From Malacoraja senta (lineage: Eukaryota): DNA of 64,000 nt. The first letter of the stretch is position 1. The number at the start of each line of letters is the position of its first letter. The position numbers and the translations under genes were made by a program. The stretch spans positions 18,044,001 to 18,108,000 of the forward strand of contig CM075989.1 of the NCBI GenBank assembly GCA_038087875.1, in the 5' to 3' direction. Below are positions 13,001 through 25,145 of the stretch, in pieces. Below the pieces are notes generated by a model. The model ran no database searches. It was not told the DNA's origin and saw only the letters and a list, made by a program, of their open reading frames with translations.

Positions 13001-15109
13001 TGTGTGGAGCTACTCTGGCATTTCCCTACCTCTAGTTCTCTTCCCCCCTCCTCTCTCCTCCCTCCCCCTCTCCCCCCTCTCCACCTCCCTCCCCCCCCCA
13101 CCCCCACTACCTTCAGTTTGTAGAAGGGTTACATCCCGAAACGTCACCCATCCTTTTTCTCCAGAGATGCTGCCTGATCCACTAAGTTACTCCAACACTT
13201 TGTGTCCATCTAAGAGCTACTCCTAATTGGGTTGATGCTATTTACTGGAGTCATAGGTCATAGAGTGATACTTGTCCACACGGGCCAACATGTCCCAGCT
13301 ACACTAGTCCCTAAGTGATAGGAGCAGAATTAGGCCATTCAGCCATTCAATCATGGCTGATCTATCTCTCCCTCCTAACCCCATTACTCCAGCATTTTTT
13401 GCCTATCTTTGGTGTAAACCAGCATCTGCAGTTCCTTCCTGCACGTTGGGTTTCAGTGTGCTGAGGCCTATGTCAGAATGGGGAAAAAAGAGAAAAGGTT
13501 TAAATTGCACTGAAGATTGGAGTGGTTTGGATCAGATGTAGGAAATATCTCTCACGGCGTGAGGCTGGAACTGTCTTGCTGATACATTCTTGTTGAAGAC
13601 ATCTGTTTGATAGATTAATGAGGCTGGTTGGGGAAAGAGAAAACTAACAAAGGGATGTGTAAAAGTTGACGTGCAGGTTAAATGTGGAGGGATTGCCCAG
13701 CAGATCAGGCGGTGTCAGTGGGGACAGCAGAACAAGTCAATATTATACAACCATCTGCAGCATTCCATCAGTAATATTTGCTTTTCTCCTCTCTAGCATC
13801 CCTGAAACAAATGTTTCTGGATCATTGTTACATTGCTATTCATGGCAGCTTCTTGCGTGCAAATTCTATTTAAACCCTGGAGAAACTCAGCGGGTGCAGC
13901 AGCATCTATGGAGCGAAGGAGATAGGCAACGTTTCGGGCCGAAACGTTGCCTATCTCCTTCGCTCCATAGATGCTGCTGCACCCACTGAGTTTCTCCAGC
14001 ATTTTTGTGTACCTTCGATTCTCCAGCATCTGCAGTTCCTTCTTTAACAATTCTATTTAAATCCTGTGTAGGAAAGAACTGCAGATGCTGGCTTAAACCG
14101 AAGATAGACACAAAAAGCTGGAGGAACTCAGCGGGTCAGGCAGCACCTCCGGAGAAAAGGTATAGGTGATGTTTCGGGTCGAGACTTTTCTTCAGTCTGA
14201 AGAAGGGTCTCGACCCGAAATGTCACCTATTCCTTTTCTCCGGAGATGCTGTCTGACCCGCTGAGATACTCCAGCGTTTGTGTCTATCTTCTACTTAAAC
14301 CCTGGTTCCATTTTCAAATGTGCCTCTTCAGTCATGCAGTCATTTGTTTAGATTTAGTTTAGTTTAGAGATACAGTGCGGAAACAGGCCCACCGAGTTCA
14401 CCCCATACATTGGCACTATCCTACACACACTAGGGACAATTTACAATTTTACTGAAGCCAATTAGCCTACAAACATGTACGTCTTTGGAATGTAGGGGGA
14501 AACCGAAGCACCCGGGGGAAAAAACCCAGGCAGTCACGGGGAGAATGTACAAACTCCGTACAGACAGCACCCATAATCGGGATCGAACCCGGGTCTCTGG
14601 TGCTGCAAGCGCTGTAAGGCAGCAACTCTACCGCTGCACCACCGTGCCGCCCTATATTTCAGCCTTACAAGCATCAGAGACCTGGGTTTGATCCGGGGCA
14701 GAGAGGCTGAATGGTGGCCGGGCGAGGAGAGGGACGATCTGGACGGATGCGAGGGCTGCAGTGGGTCTTTATGGCCAGGTGCAGCTTGGACTTTGAAAAT
14801 GGTGCCAACCTGGTGACTCTTGTATACGGTCTCAGTGGGCTGTCTTAGTACACTTTGTACTTAATCTGGGATTGTGTTTATGTATCGCTATAATACTGAA
14901 CTGTATGGAGAAAAATCAGCTTCAGTTCAGTTATTGTCACATGTACCGAGGTACAGTGAAAAGCTTTTGTTGCGTGGTAACCAGTCAGCGGAAAGACAAT
15001 ACATGATTACAATCGATCCATTTACAGTGTACAGATACGTGATAAGGGAATAACGTTTAGTGCAAGGTAAAGCCTGAAAAGTCCGATCAAGGATAGTCCG
15101 AGAGTCACC

Positions 15110-15249
15110 TTCTTCTTCTTGCGTATGGCGTGCACAGCCTAAAGTTGTAGGACAACGTGCTCTATTTGATCTTATTTGATTGTGCACGCCAGGTTGATTG
15201 CATTCGTTGAAACAGGGCGGACCACGTGAAGGTTGCAATCTCCCACCCC
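15110..15249 (-). mobile_element. 140-bp non-autonomous retroposon with 5' HDV-like ribozyme and (AAG)n tail
   Basis: 14-bp TSD gtccgag(a/g)gtcacc at 15096-15109 and 15250-15263. Ends CCATACGCAAGAAGAAGAA. Inserted in a Rex1/Babar-like fragment. Confidence 0.85.
15196..15249 (-). ncRNA. Minimal CPEB3/HDV-like self-cleaving ribozyme (predicted)
   Basis: P1 GGGGUGG/CCGCCCU, P2 GAUUGCA/UGCAAUC, P3 ACC/GGU, L3 UUCACGU, then GU, a 5-nt loop UUCAA in place of P4, and J4/2 CGAA (catalytic C at 15206). Confidence 0.85.
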
Positions 15250-16136
15250 GTCCGAGGGTCACCAACGAGGTAGATAGTTGTTCAGGACTGCTCTCCAGTT
15301 GTGGTAGCATGATTCAGTTGCTTGATAACAGCTGGGAAGTTCCTGAATCTGGAGGTGTGCGTTTTCACACTATACCTTTTGCCTGATGGGTGCGGGGAGA
15401 AGAGGGAGTGGCCAGGTTGCGACTATCCCGTGATCATGCTGCTGGCCTTGCCGAGGCAGCGTGAGGTGTAAATTGAGTCAACGGAAGGGAGGTTGGTTTG
15501 TGTGCGCACCTCGGTACGCGCGATACATTTGAACCATTGAACCATATGAGGAGGAGAACATTAATCTCTTGATGCTGGTGTGTGGGTGGACTGAAGGATC
15601 TGGATGATCTTCTGGTTTGAATAGTCTGCTCTGGGACTGGCTGTACACTGTGTTCAGTGATGTGCTAACCTGTTTGAGGGCGATGTTTAGACTTGAACTG
15701 CAACAGTGGTGTACGTACGTTATGGATCTTACACAATCCCATGGCTACATGGGAAGGGCCTTTTGTCGTCATTGTGAGGGGGTGGCTTTTAGGAGTATTG
15801 GGTGCATGTTTGGGCTTGCTGTTCACCCATCCTCACTAGAATATTCCTGTTGTGCGAGTAATGAGGAATATTGTGAATTGCCTCACTTTTAGCAGAATTA
15901 TCCCCGTCTAACGCAAAAGGCCCGGCACGGGTTCTGTCCCAGCAGAGAACGAGTGGGGGGACAACACTCTCTGGGAGATCGATGTTTTAGTTTAAATTTT
16001 AGTTTTGGAGATACAGCATGGAAACGGGCCCATGCTAATATTTAGTGGTATGTTGAACAAAAGTAGCCCATGTCCCCAGCAACATCAAAGTGAAGCTTCC
16101 TGCATCACTCACAGTGGCCAATGTCGGTTGACCATT

Positions 16137-16319
16137 TGGGCCTGTCCCACAGGCGATTCTTTGGGCGACTGCCGCAATATTTTCAACACGTTTACATTTT
16201 TTGGGCGACAGTGGCGACAATTTTTGCTGTCGTAGGTTGTCGCCAAGTGTCGTAGGTGAATTCCATTAAATCTAAACCCTGGCAGTCGCCTGAAGAGTTG
16301 CCTTAGTGGGACAGGCCCA
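16137..16319. mobile_element. PIF/Harbinger-like MITE, family C (degenerate)
   Basis: TIR tgggcctgtcccac...gtgggacaggccca, with inner inverted repeat ggcgactgcc/ggcagtcgcc. Left TSD is imperfect. Confidence 0.65.
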
Positions 16320-18599
16320 TTAGGCCATGCCATTCATCTTGTTTGGAGCAGGCTTTTGTTTGTTTTATAAAAGAAGCCATTGAATGCACAAATAGAGCAG
16401 TACAGCAAAGGAACAGGCCCTTCGGCCCACATTGTTTGTACCGAACATGATGCCTAGCTGAACTGATCTCATTTGCCTGCACATGATCTATATCCCTCTA
16501 TTCCCTGTATTTCCATGTGTCTATCTACAGTATAAGCCTCTTAAACTCCACTCTCGTGTCTGTAACGTATCATATGTGATTTAAAAAAAAGGATAAATTC
16601 TATATTGACCAATACAGAACAGACATGTGCCCTTCGGCCCATCATTGTCTGTGATACCTTTGAGCACACATTTACACTAATATCATTTTATTCCTCCCAC
16701 ATTCCATCGACTCCCCCCACCCCCCAGATTCAACTATTCACGGAGCAATTTACAAATTTCCAATCAACCTACCAGCCCATCCATCTTTGGGATGGTGGGA
16801 GAAATTGGAGGGAAGCCTCCAGTCACAGAGAGAACACCAGGGATAGACACAAAAAGCTGGAGTAACTCAGCAGGCCAGCATCTACAGTTCCTTCCTATAC
16901 AAACACCAGCTCAGGATTTAGTAGCGGGATCGCTGGAGCAGTGAGGCAGCAGCTCTACTAATTACACTCGGTGGGCCAAAGAGACGGTTTCTGCTCTTTA
17001 TCTCGAGAGTCTAAAGTCATTAACCCCTTCTCTGAATCCAGGCTGACCTTCCATCTATCTCCTCCCCTCCTCTTCACCTCCATTCCTAAACAATTCGCAT
17101 CTCATCAATGCTCTAGTTACACAAATCAGAACTTTCTAATGCGTAGGAAAGAACTGCAGATGCTGGTTTAAATCGAAGATAGACACAAAAATGCTGGAGT
17201 AACTCAGTGGGACAGGCAGCATCTCTGGAGAGAAGGAATGGGTGATATTTGGGGTCGAGACCCTTCTTCAGACCCTTGTGTCTCACCCCCTGGTGTGTTC
17301 GTCTCTGGCGTTTGTCCGACCATCTGCCTCTCAGAAGCTCCCTCGCCTGAAACATAGAAAATAGGTGCAGGAGTAGGCCATTCGGACCTTCGAGCCTGCA
17401 CTGCCATTCAATATGATCATGGCTGATCATCCAACTCAGTATCCTGTACCTGCCTTCTCTCCGTACCCCCTGATCCCTTTAGCTACAAGGGCCACATCTA
17501 ACTCCCTCTTAAATATAGCCAATGAACTGGCCTCAACTACCTTCTGTGGCAGAGAGTTCCACAGATTCACCACTCTGATTGACCTATGACCTGCCATGCA
17601 TTGTCCTGCCCCTCCACTCTTCCAGCTTTCTGTCCCACTCCTGCAATCAGTCTGCAGGCGGGTCCCGACCGGAAACGTTGCCTGTCCATGTTCTCCAAGG
17701 CTGCTGCCTGAGTTGCTGAGTTGCTCCAGCATTTTGTGTCTTTCCTTGTTCCATTCATTTCTTTCTCGGCCCAAGTGCGATGGCCACTCATTACATGGGG
17801 GTGAGAGAGGATTTACATCCAACCACAGACGGCTGTGGAGGCCAAGTCCATGGATATTTCTAAGGCGGAGGTTGAGAGATTCTTGATTAGTGGGGGTTAT
17901 GGGGTGAAGGCAGGAGAATGGGGTCGGGAAGGATTGATAGATCAGCCATGATTGTCTGGAGGAGGAGACCTGATGGGCTGAATGTTCTAATTTTGCCCCT
18001 AGAACTTATGAACCATATATTGTTAGGAATGACCATGTTTTCTACCCATGTGTGCTTTTTATTGAAGGATGCAGCATTTTACACAGCAATTGCCAACTCT
18101 CCTCCTCTATCTTACATGGGCATTGGCTGCTCATCTGTATCCACCGGGATTTTAAAAGATTTTTTTCCGTTACAATTTGCTCGTTGTCGAGGGCACATCA
18201 GTGGAAAAGTGAAAGTTAAAATCAGGCCGTGTGTACTGTGAGGTGAGAAATCGTTTACACGGTGTGGCTAGGGCAGCGAATGTTTACTGAAGGGACTGGT
18301 GCGGACACAGCCCATTGCATCTTCTGCGAGGAGTGGGGAGAAACGTGGGAGTGGGAGGAAAGAGCAGAGCTTCTGATTTAGGATTGTGCTGCTCTAACAG
18401 ACATGGATCGGATAAAGTTCATTGTGTGGAGTGTGTGTGTGTGTGTGTCAGTATTTTGCATCTGTATTCACTAAACACATGGAGAACAGCATCATCAGGC
18501 GATTAAACTCTACAACCTCTAAATAAACTCTGAACTGCATAGACTTGGGAGCATTGTCTTTGCACTATTATTTTGTGTTTTAATATATTGTTGTTTATT

Positions 18600-18990
18600 T
18601 ATATTCACACATATGTATATATGTATGCATATATGCATATGTATGTGTTTATATATATATATAATATACACAGAGATATGTTTGTGTATGTATATATATG
18701 TGTCTCTGTATATATATATATATATATATGTACACACACACACACACACACATATATAATTATATATATATATATATAAAAATATATGTATATACACACA
18801 CACACACAAATAAATATAACCTTAAGCAAACATATTTGTGGGTGTGTGTATATATCTATATATTTACATATATAGATACACACTCCCACACGTGTGCTTA
18901 AAGTTATATTCGCACGTATACACACATGCATATATGCTCGCACAGATATGTGTGCTTAAGGTTATATATATAAACACACAGATATCAATA
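18600..18990. repeat. Degenerate (TA)n/(CA)n microsatellite
   Basis: Visible dinucleotide runs. Confidence 0.9.
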
Positions 18991-19239
18991 TAAACAAGCC
19001 ATTTAGATTTATTGTAAAACTGTCTGGTTGCATACAACAAAAGCTTTGCACGGGACCTTGGTACATGACAATAAACTAAACTGGACTGTGAACTTGGAAG
19101 CAGAAGGAGTGACGTTCTATTGAAAGAACATCTCGAACATCTTGTGGCAAACTGCAATCAGTCTGAAGTAATTAATGGTCTGTCGTTCTTGAACTCTAGA
19201 ATATTTACTCAGAGGAGGATATTAATTTGCAGAGAAAGA

Positions 19240-21187
19240 ATTAAACATTCTATTGGATTCTTTTATTTTGACTTTACATGCGGTGTTAAAAACAAAATGT
19301 CTGTTATGTACACTTCCACAGTACAAGTTTACAAGGATTTTCTATACATGTTACTTCATAGGACATTATACAACAACAACCACCTTTTTTTAAAAAGAGT
19401 TAGCTTGCCAATGTACCATAGAGAGATACGACTTGAGTTCACCTTAACACAAATGGAGAAGGGAGTTGGTGAATTTAATGTCAAGGCGATACAGGAAGTT
19501 AAAAATGACAACATAAAATTGAGCAAATGCTCAAACAGCAATATACAGTGCAGCGGTGTTTAAATGTTTTGGACTCTTTTTTTAGCCAGAATGGGGGCAA
19601 AGTCACAGTTTATAATTATAAAAGTATTGAAATGTTGTTCATTGGCTGGAAAGCTCACTCCAGCATCACGTGGTTTTGGTAGCGGTGAATGCATTCTTCC
19701 ACATTATCCGTGATGACCTGCAGCTTGACGCAGTTAGTATTGAAGCCATGCAGCTCGAGCATGGTCAGTATCAGTAAGAAGAATAGGTTACCTGTGTGCG
19801 CAGGTGCGCTTACATGATCGTAAATGGTACACCGGCTAACTTTTTGGCCAGCTCATGTTGTGTTTCGTTTAACACAACCCTCTTGTTCTGCAATGGGATG
19901 ATTTTCCCAATGTGGGGGAGGAGGGGGGGGGGGGGGGGGGGAGGGGGGGGATGGAGGGGGGGGAGGATGGGGGATGGGGGGGGGGGTGATGGGGGGAGGA
20001 AGATAACCATTTTCTTGATCGTCCGTTTCTTACCCCGCGTATCGAATGGCTGCAAGTAGCCTTTACATTTTCAGGCCGTGGTTTGATCGGTTTCATTTTG
20101 TACAAAAAAACAATGAAAAATAAAATACAACTGGCAGACTGGAAGCAGCTTCTCTGTTCAAGAACACGTGACAAGAATTCAATATCGATGATGATAATAA
20201 TGCTTATTGAATAAGGCACAAACTGCACAGAATCCAGGTGAACAAATACGCTATTTACAGAACATTGTCATTACCTGCATGACTCTTCTGGTTGCCCTAC
20301 CCATCACATTGAACACTCCTTACCAAAGCCATTGCACTCTCCGTTACCACGTGTCCTGCCCTCCTCTGTGGCAGGACAGCTCCTTGTCTACGGACTGCGA
20401 AGATAAACTGACGTTATGAATTTACAACGGTGCAGACATGGTATGGAATGGACGCCACATTGGATGGACGCTACGTGGATGGCGCCCAGAGGTCCATGTC
20501 TGTAGACAGGCAGCTGCACTCAACACAGTGATATGGTCCAAGTAGGTTTGCAGTGGGGACAGGATCGGGCCGTGTTGGTTGCGTTCAGTACACCAGGCAA
20601 CACAACACAACAGCTGCCACAGGAACCATTAAGTGCATCCTCGACTGTGTGGGCCACACAGCGCTAATCGGGACATTCGCAGGGAATGCCGCCAAGTACT
20701 TGTCCTTGCTACAATGGGGCTAGAGTGGCATGTTTGTCAAACCAAAAAAGCACATCTGTTGAAATCAGAAGTTTCATGAGAAAGTCATTAAACATTTGTG
20801 CAAGCAACAAGACAAATGCATTAAATGTCATTAATACCATTCACATTAGATGGGGAGTCAATGTCAACAGCAGTGAAAATGGAGCCGTTCGTTGTTCAAG
20901 TATTTCCTTCTAGTTTGATGCAGAGATCGCAGGGTAAACTCCGCGTTGCTCCAGGGTCTCCGACTTGTAACAGTATTGCGTGACATTACCTGGCATCTTC
21001 TTCGCCCCGGCAGAAGGTCACTTGCGCCTTCGCTCCGAGTGCAGACGCAGTGTGAGGAAATTTGGCCACTTGTTGTCCATGTCCATCCGAGCATTATCAC
21101 TGGTAGTTTCAAAGCAACGTTGATCTCAAATGTCCTCCCACATCACATTAGCTAAGAAACAGAAATAGCTTTAGGCCGCTCGCCCTG
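19240..21187 (-). other. SEMA6D: Probable SEMA6D 3'UTR with AATAAA at 19262-19267
   Basis: Transposon-free AU-rich stretch downstream of the stop codon. AATAAA on the minus strand at 19262-19267. The 3' end position is inferred. Confidence 0.6.
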
Positions 21188-22500
21188 TTAGTAAGTGTAC
21201 TTCTGCAGTGTTGTGACTGGGGATGTGGGCTGGCCAAAGGATGGTTTTGGTGGCACGTCTGGTTTAATGGAGGGCGTTCTCTTTATTCCCGACCTGGGCA
21301 GAGTGCCACTGCTTGAGTAGCTGCTCTGGCGGGACAGTGAGGTGGGCTGAATAACTAGTGGAGTCCCGTGCACAGAATCCATCCTCATGGGCGGCGCCGG
21401 GGGGAAATAGGCCCCCCGATTAAAACTGGGGTGCCGCGACAACATGGCTCCGTTCAACGAGCTGATAACATTTTTGGGGAGCACCGATATGGAGTGCCTC
21501 TGCGACGAATTTCTGGGGTAGCCCCGATCCCTCTCTCTCTCTAAACTCGACAGCTGGATGTTGGAGGTTGACGGAACGTCCACCCGCTTGGTGGGACTGT
21601 GTCTCGGAAGAGTAGAGGAAGGCGAATAGAGTGAAGCCTCCCGGTTTGGGACTTTGGGTGGGACCTCTACAATTTTGGACATGGGGCCCAGCATTACATT
21701 TTGACGAGTCATAGGTATGTCCCCCAAGATAGCTTTCGAGTTGGTACCACTTTCGTTGAGATGTTTGAGAAGGTCATTCAACGTGTTCCTAGCCTCGACG
21801 GCTCGTTGCTGTTCCTTCTTCCCAGAATGGCCAGGGATGGACATTTCTATGTTCTGCACCTTCCTTTCTGCCTTGTGGGCATTGGAATTTGAGAAGGACA
21901 TGTTGTAGGCATGTGTGGCATTGGGAAGTACCATGGCGCTGGGTATCTGGCCGTTGTGGTTGATGGGCGAATGGGGCGTGGGACTGGATGGGATGATTTG
22001 CGGGCTCTTCAGAGGCGATTCCTTCCTGGCCGCGTTAATGTTGTTTTGGGCTTTTTCCCACTGGTTCTTGATGGGCTGAATGCCTTTCTGGTGGAGTACC
22101 GGCGTGGACTCTGGCGTGGGCAAGGCCGCCAGCTCGGGGGGCTGCCCGTGGCTATCCACGATCATGGTCTTTGGGTCGCCGCTGGGCGGCAACTCCTTGC
22201 CGTTGGACAGCAGGTTTGTGTACAGCTTGGGGGTGTCGATGCTGTGCGGATACTCCTTGACGGGGCTGTCGAAGAGCCCGTTGAATTTAGTGAAGCTGCC
22301 GCTGGAGTCGGTGCACGATTGTGCCGACTCGGCGTCCTTGTTCATCTTCCTCGCCTTGCGCAGGTAGGTGTCGCGGTGACAGTACACAGCCAGGCCAGAA
22401 ATGAAGGCTCCCAGGACAAAGGCAGCCAGGACGCAGGTGATCAGAACATTCATGTGAACCATTTGGTTTGCGTCTCCGGCCTGCACCTCCCATCTCACAC
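21188..22500 (-). CDS. SEMA6D: SEMA6D last coding exon (transmembrane helix and cytoplasmic tail)
   Basis: gctccag|GT GTG AGA TGG. 436-aa ORF with SEMA6D-type VHMNVLITCVLAAFVLGAF, KDAESAQSCTDSSGSF, PPELAALPTPESTPVL, KRTPSIKPDVPPKPSF and C-terminal KYTY*. Confidence 0.97.
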
Positions 22501-24569
22501 CTGGAGCAGAGATAACATTAGAGCGTGAAAATATTAGCGTGTTCCCGTGCCGATGGTTCCCATTCAGGAACAGAATGTATTAGAAATGAAACACTAATGT
22601 TCAAACATCCCAATGCACCCAAACAAATGACACACAGTGCTGGAGTAACTCAGCGGGTCAGGCAGCATGTCTGGACAACATGGATAGGGGACATTTGGGG
22701 TCGGGTCACCTGAAAGGTGATGATTATTTCATTTTATTGTTATTTTGCTTTGTTTTTAACTTTTTTTGTTTTACATGTTGGAAATAACATATATATAAAG
22801 GTCACCTATCCATGTTCTTTAGACTTGCTGCCTGGCCCGCTGAGTTACTCCAGCACTTGTCTTTTTTTAAAAATTGTATACCAGCATCTGCAGTCTCTTG
22901 CTCCTACTTCCATACTCTATACTCTGACTGATGAAGGCCAAGACTGAAAGCCTTCTTGACCACCCTGTCTACTTGTGACGCCACCCTCAAGAAACCATGC
23001 ACCTGCACTCCTAGATCCCTCTGTTCCACAGCACTCCCCGGGGCTATTTTTGGTTTCATGAGCGGACAGATTTCATGGCCTTTTGTTTTCAGGGATTTCT
23101 AATTTGATTGTAGGAAATTCTCTGCACAAGTCTCTGAGCTTGTGCAGCGACTTCCATAAATGATATATTAACCACGAGTGCAGTCAAGTGCGAGGTCTCC
23201 TTGCGGGTAGCTTAGTTTGCACCGAGCACTATAAATGAGCGAATTCAAAACTTATTACAGGTTCACCAACGATCTTCTGGCAACTGGTGGTCCGTTGCCG
23301 ACCTCATTGAAACTTACAGAATAATGTTAAGCTTAGTAGATAAGAATGGATGTGGAAAGGGCGCTCTTTTAGAAAGGAGGTGAGGAGGAACTTCTTTAGT
23401 CAGAGGGTAGTTAATCTGTGGAACTCATTGCCACAGAGGGCTGTGGAGGCCACGCCAGTGGATGTTTTTAAGGCAGAGATAGACAAATTCTTGATTACAA
23501 CGGGGTTAATGGGGAGAAGGCAGGAAAATGGGATTAGGAGACAGAGATCAGCCATGATTGAATGGCGGAGTAGACTCGATGGGCCGAATGGCTTAATTCT
23601 GCTCCTATAACTAGCGAACTCCTATAATCTGGACAAAATCACGAGAGCGAACCTGAAATCCCCCGCCCCCCCAAAAGACCCCCCGAAAATGTCGAGCGCA
23701 GGCCTGGTGAGGATCTGTTCCCATGGCCAACATCCGAGGCTGACTTGGCAGGCCAGTATCTCGGCCCATCGGTGGTCTAGGTGGGCTGTTCTGGTACTGG
23801 TGGACTCCTCTCGGAGGCTATGACCTCCATTGGTCCAGGCCAAATGGATAATCCAGAGAGGCTCTGGAACCAAGGGTGCTGGAAAATCGGTGGTGGACCT
23901 GTACCAATTTTGCAGTGCGGTTAGAAGATATTTTGTGACACATAGGGTGGCGCAGCGGCAGAGTTGCTGTCTTACAGCACCAGGGACCCGGGTTCGATCC
24001 CGACTGCTGGTGCTGTCTGTACGGAGTTTGTACGTTCTCCCCATGACCTGCATGGGTTTTCTCCGGGTTCTCTGGTTTCCTCCCACACTCTAAAGACGTA
24101 CTGGTTTGTAGGTTAATTGGCTTGGTGTAATTGTAAATTGTCCCTAGAGTGCGTAGGATAGTGTTAGTGTGCAGGGATCGCTGGTCGGCGCTCTGCAGAG
24201 CCCTGGTGCCGTGCTGTATCTCTAAACCAAACAATCAGGCCTTTCTGAACCGGTCAGGTATCGGGTCATTGTGGTGTTTGCAATGGATTGTTCACATTGA
24301 CGCTGCCAGCCGAACTAATGCTTAAGGAATCACTCGGCAGATTTTCCTAAGCTTACACCCGGGAATGAAAGGTGCTGCCACAGGGGAGCAGCAAATTGGT
24401 CATGGAGTCTTTGCATCAAAGTCTCTGCCCTGTTACTGCAAGCCCACCTCCTCTCCCTCCCTGCTCCTGAGAGCTGCTCACCACGCCGCATCTCCCAGAT
24501 TATGATGGGGTGGGACACCAGATTTGGCAAATTTACCTTGTCTTTATTAAAGTTGAGAGCAGGGATCAG

Positions 24570-25145
24570 ACCATGCCCTCTTCTCACTGCTACCATCGTG
24601 GCAGGAGGTACAGAAGCCTGAAGGCCCACACCACCAGATTCAGGAACGGCTACTTTACCACAACTGTCAGGTTCTTGAACCAAATGACACAACCCCAACC
24701 CTACCTCGAGATCAGAACACCCGGGCCTCCTCTTGCACTACCATAGACTTGGGATTTTTCTAATTATGGACATTTGACAAGATGTTTTTGGCAGTCATTT
24801 ATTTTCCTGGAATTTTCTTTGTAATTTGTGTAGAATTTGTTGTCTGTGTCATTTGGTTCAAGAGGGTAGTTGAGGCCAGTTCATTGGCTATATTTAAGAG
24901 GGAATTAGATGTGGCCCTTGTGGCTAAAGGGATCAGGGGGTATGGAGAGAAGGCAGGTACGGGATACTGAGTTGGATGATCAGCCATGATCGTATTGAAT
25001 GGCGGTGCAGGCTCGAAGGGCCGAATGGCCTACTCCTGCACCTAATTTCTATGTATCTATGTATCTATGTGTCTATGTGTCTGTGATACTGCTGCAAGCA
25101 AGACTTCCATTGTATGTCTGCATCTGACAATGAACTTGACTTGAC
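24570..25145 (+). mobile_element. Rex1/Babar-like LINE 3' end with nested CR1-type tail (~24860-25050)
   Basis: GRRYRSLKAHTTRFRNGYFTTTVRFLN resembles the Rex1/Babar ORF C-terminus. Related minus-strand pieces at ~4605-5170, 14925-15505, 43565-44190 and 60000-60350. Confidence 0.6.

Noticed and set aside
13864..14304. CRISPR-like repeat-spacer pattern
   Set aside because: The repeats are target-site duplications, the spacers are multicopy retroelement ends, and the context is vertebrate with no cas genes.
19916..19998. Poly-G / poly-Pro ORFs and G-quadruplex
   Set aside because: Low-complexity tract. The mRNA strand is C-rich, so it would not form an RNA G4, and homopolymer length is unreliable.
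21911..22528. 205-aa plus-strand ORF
   Set aside because: Antisense shadow of the GC-rich SEMA6D last exon, with no recognisable protein features.
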